Source of the DNA: an uncultured Phycisphaeraceae bacterium
GTDB lineage: Bacteria; Planctomycetota; Phycisphaerae; Phycisphaerales; Phycisphaeraceae
Assembly: GCA_964425365.1 (NCBI GenBank)
Contig: CAYRND010000001.1
Coordinates: forward strand, 1,708-65,707
Direction: 5' to 3'
Length of the DNA: 64,000 nucleotides
Positions within the stretch are counted from its first letter, which is position 1, and every line of letters starts with the position of its first letter. Both the position numbers and the translations under genes were made by a program. The notes beneath the pieces were generated by a model, which was given only the letters and a program-made list of their open reading frames with translations, ran no database searches and was not told the origin of the DNA. Positions 55,970 through 61,891 of this stretch are shown piece after piece.

Positions 55970-57445
55970 ATGACAGCCAAGTCGCATTCAGAACATCCTT
56001 ATGGCAGGAAAGAGGGTCTGGCACTTGAGTTCAAGCGAGCCACGGATCGTTTGCCCGCCAACTTTTTCGAATCCGTCTGCGCGTTTTTGAACCTTGACGG
56101 CGGAACCATCATATTGGGCGTGGAGGACGACGGCGCCGTCGCCGGCATATCTCCCCAAGCCGTCGAACGAATCAAAGCTGACATCGCCAATCTTTCCAAC
56201 AACCCGCAAAAGCTCGATCCGCCGTATCTTCTATTTCCCCGGGACGAGCAGGTGAACGGCAAGTGGATCATCAAAGTCGCCGTACCGGTCAGTTCTCAGG
56301 TTCACCAGACGGCGGGTGAGGTCTTCCTTCGCAATGAAGACGGCGACTATCGTGTCCGGGGCGTCAATCGTCTTGCCGGATTGCTCAATCGCAAGCTTGG
56401 CATTTTCACCGAGCAAAGGATTTGTCCCCATCTGGAGATGTCGGACCTTGACCCCGGCCTGTTCGAGAAGGCCCGTCGGCTGATGGTTGCCCGTATGCCC
56501 AAGCACCCCTGGGCCAACCTGTCTCCGGCGGAACTGTTGAACGTGGCGGGGTTCGTTCGCAGGGATCAGGACACCGGACGACCCGCTTACACATTGGCTG
56601 CTGGTTTGATGTTCGGGACTGATTCGATCATTCAGGAGCTGGTACCCGGCTACAAGTTCGATGCGTTGCTCCGCCGCCGCGACACTGAACGCTACGACGA
56701 CCGTCTGATAGTCCGGACCAACCTGATCGACGCCTTCGACCTGCTCATGGGTTTTGTCGAGAAGCACCTGAACGACCCGTTCTATCAGGAAGGCACGCAG
56801 AGCCGCAGTCTGCGGGCCATTATTTTCCGCGAACTGGTTGCCAATATCATTGCTCACCGTGAGTACACCAGTGCCGCTCCTGCGACTATGGTTATCTATA
56901 CGGACCGCGTCGAATTCACGAATCCGAACGTACCGCATTACTTCGGCCGCATCGATCCCAACCGTTTCACGCCGTTTCCGAAGAACCCGACGATCTGCAA
57001 GTTCATGTTGCAGATGGGCCAGTATGAAGAGTTGGGATCCGGCGTTCGTCGGGTGAACCAGTACCTGCCTTATTATGCCCCGGGTGCGGGCAAGCCGGTT
57101 TTTGAAGATGATGATATGTTCGCTGTGACGGTGCCGCTTGCAGGGCCGAGTGTTCCCGAAGTTGAGGCACAAGTTGAGGCACAAGTTGAGGCACAAGTTG
57201 AGGCACAAGTTGATTCCCGTATTCTGGCGGCATGCTCTGAGCGTCCGTTATCGTCAGGAGCAATCGCCGCTGCGCTGGGTCATCAAACGTTAAGTGGAAA
57301 CCTTCGCAAGTCTTTCCCGCGTTTGATCGGCGCCGGTTTACTCGAATACACCATCCCCGACAAACCCCGCAGCCGGTTGCAGAAGTATCGGCTGACGGAG
57401 AAAGGCCGTGCGGTGTTGGAGCAGATGGAGGGGGGTGACGGATGA
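55970..57445 (+). CDS. AlbA_2 (Schlafen-like) plus HATPase_c_4 plus C-terminal winged-helix protein (COG2865-type, 'RecG-like' putative regulator)
   Basis: EGLALEFKRA..LPANFFESVCAFLNLDGGTIILGVEDDGAV (AlbA_2); IFRELVANIIAHREY (HATPase-like); and a C-terminal wHTH-like segment. The ATG at 55970 is preferred over the track's TTG at 55937. Confidence 0.8.
   Translation: MTAKSHSEHPYGRKEGLALEFKRATDRLPANFFESVCAFLNLDGGTIILGVEDDGAVAGISPQAVERIKADIANLSNNPQKLDPPYLLFPRDEQVNGKWIIKVAVPVSSQVHQTAGEVFLRNEDGDYRVRGVNRLAGLLNRKLGIFTEQRICPHLEMSDLDPGLFEKARRLMVARMPKHPWANLSPAELLNVAGFVRRDQDTGRPAYTLAAGLMFGTDSIIQELVPGYKFDALLRRRDTERYDDRLIVRTNLIDAFDLLMGFVEKHLNDPFYQEGTQSRSLRAIIFRELVANIIAHREYTSAAPATMVIYTDRVEFTNPNVPHYFGRIDPNRFTPFPKNPTICKFMLQMGQYEELGSGVRRVNQYLPYYAPGAGKPVFEDDDMFAVTVPLAGPSVPEVEAQVEAQVEAQVEAQVDSRILAACSERPLSSGAIAAALGHQTLSGNLRKSFPRLIGAGLLEYTIPDKPRSRLQKYRLTEKGRAVLEQMEGGDG
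57161..57208 (+). repeat. Perfect in-frame 12-bp tandem repeat (GTTGAGGCACAA)x4 encoding (VEAQ)4
   Basis: Read directly from the sequence: gttgaggcacaa four times, followed by a partial gttga. It lies in the linker before the C-terminal wHTH of the AlbA_2 protein. Confidence 0.95.
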
Positions 57446-57489
57446 TCTGTATCACGCGGAGAGATTGGATGGTTGGGAGGGAGCGTTCA

Positions 57490-57513
57490 CGCGGAGGCGC
57501 GGAGACGCGGAGA
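57490..57513 (+). repeat. (CGCGGAGN)x3 octamer repeat, copy B
   Basis: tCA CGCGGAGG CGCGGAGA CGCGGAGA gggggg. It lies immediately upstream of the SNF2 3' remnant. Confidence 0.8.
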
Positions 57514-57569
57514 GGGGGGAGGAATGTTTTGCCGGAATCTTGTTTTTCATGTTTCGCGGTTGGGCGTGA

Positions 57570-57726
57570 GTTTGAATGTTGGCACAATGTGAAGCGGTGT
57601 GAACTGTTTGACGCCCGGGATGCCATTGATCGACAACGAGAAGTCCTGATCAGCAAGATAGAGAAGCAGTTGAAGCATACGACTAACAAGCAGACCCTGT
57701 TTGTGATTCGATGGAAGGTCGCGTGA
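57570..57726 (+). pseudogene. 3'-terminal remnant of a second, diverged SNF2 helicase gene
   Basis: 57589-57726 aligns without gaps to 54627-54764 (138 nt each). The translations are NVKRCELFDARDAIDRQREVLISKIEKQLKHTTNKQTLFVIRWKVA* versus NVKRRELFDAQDAIDTQREELIGKIEKQLKHTSTVQALFTIRWRLL*, with 33 of 46 residues identical by hand. There is no helicase core upstream; the repeat element is there instead. Confidence 0.75.
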
Positions 57727-57740
57727 TAGGAGGATACGCC

Positions 57741-58736
57741 ATGAACGCGAAAGATGTACTATTAGAGATTCGATTCGACGGTAAAGTGGTCGGGCCGGGC
57801 AAAATACCCGTGGCTCACCTGCTGCGATTTCTGTCAAATCTAAATAAGGCACTGCAACGCACCGGGCGGGTTCTCATTGGTGACAGTGATAGTGCCCGAC
57901 AAGGCCGTCCGCCACAAAACATCAAGGCCGAGGTCGCGCTAGACCTTGTTCTGCTTACCGAAGGCAGCCCCGCAGCGGTGCTTGGCTTTGATCGCCGACA
58001 AGAAAACGCATCGCTGCCGCAGATGGACTTTGGCCTTGAAATCCTCGAAAGCTCTATTCTTGGCTTAGACCAAGTTCAGAAAGACAACGGCGGCGAGCAA
58101 CTGCCCAAAGGTTATGACGCAGGCGTTCTGATGGCTTGGCGCGATGCGGGCATGCTGTTCAATCAAGGCGTCGAGCAAATCGAAATCACCTTGAATCATC
58201 GTGCAACGCCACTCAGTGCCATATTCAACCATACCGGCTATGAACGCATTCAACAACGCATCAAGGGACCGCAGACGAATATCCGCACCATCGAAGGCCG
58301 ACTGCTGATGGCTGACTTCAAGGAGCATGGCACGCGATGCCGAGTGCATCCGAGCGTTGGCGAGCCGGTATTGTGCCTTTTCGACGATGAGCAAAAGGAC
58401 GAAGTGCTGGAGGACATTCTTCAGTATGTCCGAATTGTTGGCGAGGCCAAGGAAGACCCGCTTACCGGGAAGATTTCCAGCATCAAGATTCATGACATCG
58501 AACGACTGGAAGACCGTGAAGCCGAGGCGACGGAACTACTGCCGCAGGGGACACCGGTGTCACGGAGTTTCTGGGAGTCGCCGACACTTGATGAGCTGGC
58601 GCTGACCCAAAACGTCAAGCCATTGCAGGACGTGGCAGCACTGTTTGGAACCTGGCCCGGCGAGGATGATGACGGTTTCGAAGCGGCCGTGGATGATCTG
58701 CGACATCGCGCCGGCGATAGGAGGAACCCGCGATGA
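57741..58736 (+). CDS. Unknown 331-aa protein in the antitoxin position of a VapC module
   Basis: A strong SD (AGGAGG, 57729-57734) lies 6 nt before the ATG at 57741. ATGA overlap with vapC. I recognise no domain in the N-terminal 270 aa or so. The acidic C-terminal tail is ..SFWESPTLDELALTQNVKPLQDVAALFGTWPGEDDDGFEAAVDDLRHR... Confidence 0.7.
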   Translation: MNAKDVLLEIRFDGKVVGPGKIPVAHLLRFLSNLNKALQRTGRVLIGDSDSARQGRPPQNIKAEVALDLVLLTEGSPAAVLGFDRRQENASLPQMDFGLEILESSILGLDQVQKDNGGEQLPKGYDAGVLMAWRDAGMLFNQGVEQIEITLNHRATPLSAIFNHTGYERIQQRIKGPQTNIRTIEGRLLMADFKEHGTRCRVHPSVGEPVLCLFDDEQKDEVLEDILQYVRIVGEAKEDPLTGKISSIKIHDIERLEDREAEATELLPQGTPVSRSFWESPTLDELALTQNVKPLQDVAALFGTWPGEDDDGFEAAVDDLRHRAGDRRNPR

Positions 58737-59158
58737 GTGACGTAAAGATCATCCTCGATACCTGCATTGTGTCCTATCTCATGCGTGGTGGAGACCAGGC
58801 AAAGGCCTACCTGCCTCACGTTCAGGGAAAGCTTCTTGCCATAAGCTTCATCACCGTGGGCGAACTGTACTTTGGCGCTGAAAAGGCCCAATGGGGCGAG
58901 CCAAAGCGAAAGCAGCTTGAGACCACGCTCCGCAATTTTGTGGTCATTCCGTATGACCACGAAATCGCCCGCTGCTACGGGCGATTAGTAGCCCAACGGC
59001 AACGCAACGGAATGCCCATCGCCCCCAACGACGCGTGGATTGCCGCCTGCACGGTCCGGCACAGCCTGCCGCTGGTCACACACAACCCAAAGGACTTTGC
59101 AGCAATCCAAGACCTCAGCGTCATTACAGAACATCGGGTTGACAATCCGGGGGAATAG
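58733..59158 (+). CDS. vapC: PIN-domain ribonuclease toxin (VapC family)
   Basis: 141 aa, with the acidic tetrad context ILDTCIV, TVGELYFG, PNDAWIAAC and THNPKDF. Confidence 0.85.
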   Translation: MSDVKIILDTCIVSYLMRGGDQAKAYLPHVQGKLLAISFITVGELYFGAEKAQWGEPKRKQLETTLRNFVVIPYDHEIARCYGRLVAQRQRNGMPIAPNDAWIAACTVRHSLPLVTHNPKDFAAIQDLSVITEHRVDNPGE

Positions 59159-59165
59159 CACCGAC

Positions 59166-60857
59166 ATGGCGAAAAGCAATACACGGTTGGAACTGACCTG
59201 GATCGGCAAGGAGAAGCGGCCGAAGCTGGAGCCGCGCGTCCTGATCGAGGACCCGGATAAGTCGTACCACGCTGCCCATCGAGTCAGCGAGGACGACCTG
59301 TTCGACAACCGGCTGATCTTCGGCGACAACCTCCTGGCCCTCAAGGCGCTGGAGCAGGAGTTCAGTGGCAAGATCAAGTGCATCTACATTGACCCGCCGT
59401 ACAACACGGGGTCAGCGTTCACACATTACGAGGATGGCGTTGAGCATTCACTCTGGCTCTCGCTTATGCGCGACCGCCTCGAAGTCCTCCGCCGCCTTCT
59501 CTGCCCCAAAGGTTCAATATGGATAAGTATTGATGATAACGAAATGCCCTATCTTCGCGTACTGATGGACGAGGTGTTCGGTCGGCAGAACTTCGTCGCG
59601 CAGTGCATCTGGGAGAAGGTGTATTCCCCCAAGAGTACTGCCAAGTTCCTGTCAGTGAACCACGACTACATTGTCTGCTACGCGCGCGACGTGTCCTGTT
59701 GGGAACGCAATCTCCTGCCGCGCAGTGAGAAACAGGATAAGGCGTACAAGAACCCCGATGACGACCCGCGAGGGCCCTGGAAGCCAAGCGACTTGTCAGC
59801 ACGAAACTATTACAGCGTGGGTCGCTATGCCATCAGGTGTCCGTCGGGACGGACAATTGAGGGGCCACCTCAAGGCATGTACTGGCGAGTATCCAAACAG
59901 CGGTTGGAAGAGATGGATCGGGATCACAGAATCTGGTGGGGTAAGAATGGCGACAACGTCCCGGCCATAAAGCGGTTTCTCTCAGAAGTTATCAATGGTA
60001 TCGTGCCTGAGACGATTTGGACTTATCAGGAGGTTGGGCACAACCAGGCTGCCAAGCAGCATCTAAAGGAAGTCCTTCCTGATGTCGAAGAGCTGTTTGT
60101 CACACCGAAGCCAGAGGGGCTAATCGAGCGCATCCTGACAATTGCTTCCGCTCCTGGCGAGTGGGTTCTCGACTCGTTTGCGGGGACTGGAACGACAGGT
60201 ACTGCGGCCCACAAGATGGGTCGTCGATGGATCATGGTGGAGCTTGGCGAACACTGCCACACACACATCATCCCGCGGATGAAAAAGGTGATCGACGGCG
60301 ATGACCAGGGCGGAATCAGCAATGCAGTCAACTGGAAGGGTGGCGGCGGCTTCCGTTACTCCAAGCTCGGTCCGACACTGATAGTCGAGGACGAATGGGG
60401 TAACCCGGTCATCAACCCGGAGTTCAACGCGGCGATGCTGGCCGAGGCGATGTGCAAGCTGGAGGGCTTCACGTTCGATCCGAACGCGGAGGTCTACTGG
60501 CAGCAAGGCCGCAGCAGCGAGACGGACTTCATCTACGTCACCACACAGTTCATGAGCAAGGACATGCTGGCCAAGATCAGCGACGAGGTTGGCCTGAGCC
60601 GCAGCCTGCTGATCTGTTGCAGTGCCTTCCGCTGTGATGTCAGCCAATTCGAGAACCTGACGGTGAAGAAGATACCCAAGGCGGTGCTTAAGAAGTGTGA
60701 GTGGGGCCACGACGATTACTCGCTGGAGATTGCGAATTTGCCGGCTGCGCCGCCGCCCCCGGAAGAAGAGGCGGCGGATGACACCCGGCCGAAGAAGCCC
60801 GCAAGGACGTTCGGCAAGGACAAGGGCCAGATGCTCTTCGACCTGGAGGATGCGTAA
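59166..60857 (+). CDS. mod: Type III R-M DNA methyltransferase (Mod; N6-adenine, beta class)
   Basis: Motif IV IYIDPPYNTGSAF, and motif I LDSFAGTGTTGTAAHKMGRRWIMVE. I prefer the start MAKSNTRLELTWIGKE at 59166. The track start at 59040 would overlap vapC by 119 nt. Confidence 0.85.
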   Translation: MAKSNTRLELTWIGKEKRPKLEPRVLIEDPDKSYHAAHRVSEDDLFDNRLIFGDNLLALKALEQEFSGKIKCIYIDPPYNTGSAFTHYEDGVEHSLWLSLMRDRLEVLRRLLCPKGSIWISIDDNEMPYLRVLMDEVFGRQNFVAQCIWEKVYSPKSTAKFLSVNHDYIVCYARDVSCWERNLLPRSEKQDKAYKNPDDDPRGPWKPSDLSARNYYSVGRYAIRCPSGRTIEGPPQGMYWRVSKQRLEEMDRDHRIWWGKNGDNVPAIKRFLSEVINGIVPETIWTYQEVGHNQAAKQHLKEVLPDVEELFVTPKPEGLIERILTIASAPGEWVLDSFAGTGTTGTAAHKMGRRWIMVELGEHCHTHIIPRMKKVIDGDDQGGISNAVNWKGGGGFRYSKLGPTLIVEDEWGNPVINPEFNAAMLAEAMCKLEGFTFDPNAEVYWQQGRSSETDFIYVTTQFMSKDMLAKISDEVGLSRSLLICCSAFRCDVSQFENLTVKKIPKAVLKKCEWGHDDYSLEIANLPAAPPPPEEEAADDTRPKKPARTFGKDKGQMLFDLEDA

Positions 60858-61889
60858 ATGGCAAAGCAACGAAAGAATGAACCGCATCACCTGGTCCGCA
60901 GCACAGCGGCGGAGTATCTCACGTTCATCACCGCCCGTGGTGAGGGCGGCGTGGAAGCGATCTACGCTGACGAAGACGTGTGGCTGAGCCAGAAAATGAT
61001 GGCCGGCCTGTACGATGTTGAGACCCAAACGATCAACTATCATCTCAAAAAGTTATTTTCTGACAGTGAGTTAGAAGAAAACTCAGTTATTCGAAATTTT
61101 CGAATAACTGCCACTGACGGAAAGTCCTATGACACCGGGCATTACAATCTCTCTGCCATTATTGCCGTGGGGTACAAGGTCAATTCCGAGCGTGCCGTGC
61201 AGTTCCGCAAGTGGGCGACCGCGATCATCCGGGAGTTTACCATCAAGGGCTACACGATGGATGATGAGCGACTCAAGAATGACGGCTCGGTTCTGGGCAA
61301 ACAGTATTTTGAAGAGCAACTGCAGCGGATTCGGGAGATTCGTCTTTCCGAGCGGAAGTTCTACCAGAAGATTACCGACGTCTATGCCACGGCCATCGAC
61401 TATGACGTGACCGCACAGGCGACCAAGCGTTTCTTCGCAATGGTGCAGAACAAGCTGCATTGGGCGATCCATGGACAGACGGCAGCCGAAGTCATTGTGG
61501 ATCGTGCCGATGCCAGGAAGGATCACATGGGATTGACGACCTGGAAGGACGCGCCGAAGGGTAAGATTCAGAAATTCGACGTTGTTGTGGCGAAGAACTA
61601 CCTGACCGAAGACGAAATGGCCCAGCTACAGCGGCTGGTTTCGGCCTATCTGGACATCGCGGAAGACATGGCGAGGCGTCATATCCCAATGACAATGGCA
61701 GATTGGGAATCCCGCCTGAACCGGTTCATCGAGGCGACCGACCGGGAGGTGCTGCAGGATGCGGGGAAGGTCACTGCGGAGATCGCCAGAGCGCACGCGG
61801 AAAGTGAATTTGAGAGATTCCGGATCGTACAGGATCAGTTGTTCGAGAGTGACTTTGACCGTGAGATCAAACGCCTGGAGGGCAAGTAA
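60858..61889 (+). CDS. rhuM: RhuM-family protein embedded between mod and res
   Basis: ..INYHLKKLFSDSELEENSVIRNFRITATDGKSYDTGHYNLSAIIAVGYKVNSERAVQFRKWAT.. and ..KFYQKITDVYATAIDYD.. are characteristic of RhuM as I remember it. It starts on the base after the mod TAA. Confidence 0.8.
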   Translation: MAKQRKNEPHHLVRSTAAEYLTFITARGEGGVEAIYADEDVWLSQKMMAGLYDVETQTINYHLKKLFSDSELEENSVIRNFRITATDGKSYDTGHYNLSAIIAVGYKVNSERAVQFRKWATAIIREFTIKGYTMDDERLKNDGSVLGKQYFEEQLQRIREIRLSERKFYQKITDVYATAIDYDVTAQATKRFFAMVQNKLHWAIHGQTAAEVIVDRADARKDHMGLTTWKDAPKGKIQKFDVVVAKNYLTEDEMAQLQRLVSAYLDIAEDMARRHIPMTMADWESRLNRFIEATDREVLQDAGKVTAEIARAHAESEFERFRIVQDQLFESDFDREIKRLEGK

Positions 61890-61891
61890 TC

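Noticed and set aside
57442-57726. A 94-aa plus-strand ORF treated as a real small gene
   Set aside because: It is a composite of the octamer repeat (read as SRGGAETRRGG) and the 3' remnant of an SNF2 gene. It is annotated instead as repeat plus pseudogene fragment.
59040-59165. Upstream start for mod at 59040
   Set aside because: It would overlap vapC by 119 nt in another frame. The ATG at 59166 gives the typical Type III Mod N-terminus (MAKSNTRLELTWIGKE) just after the vapC stop.
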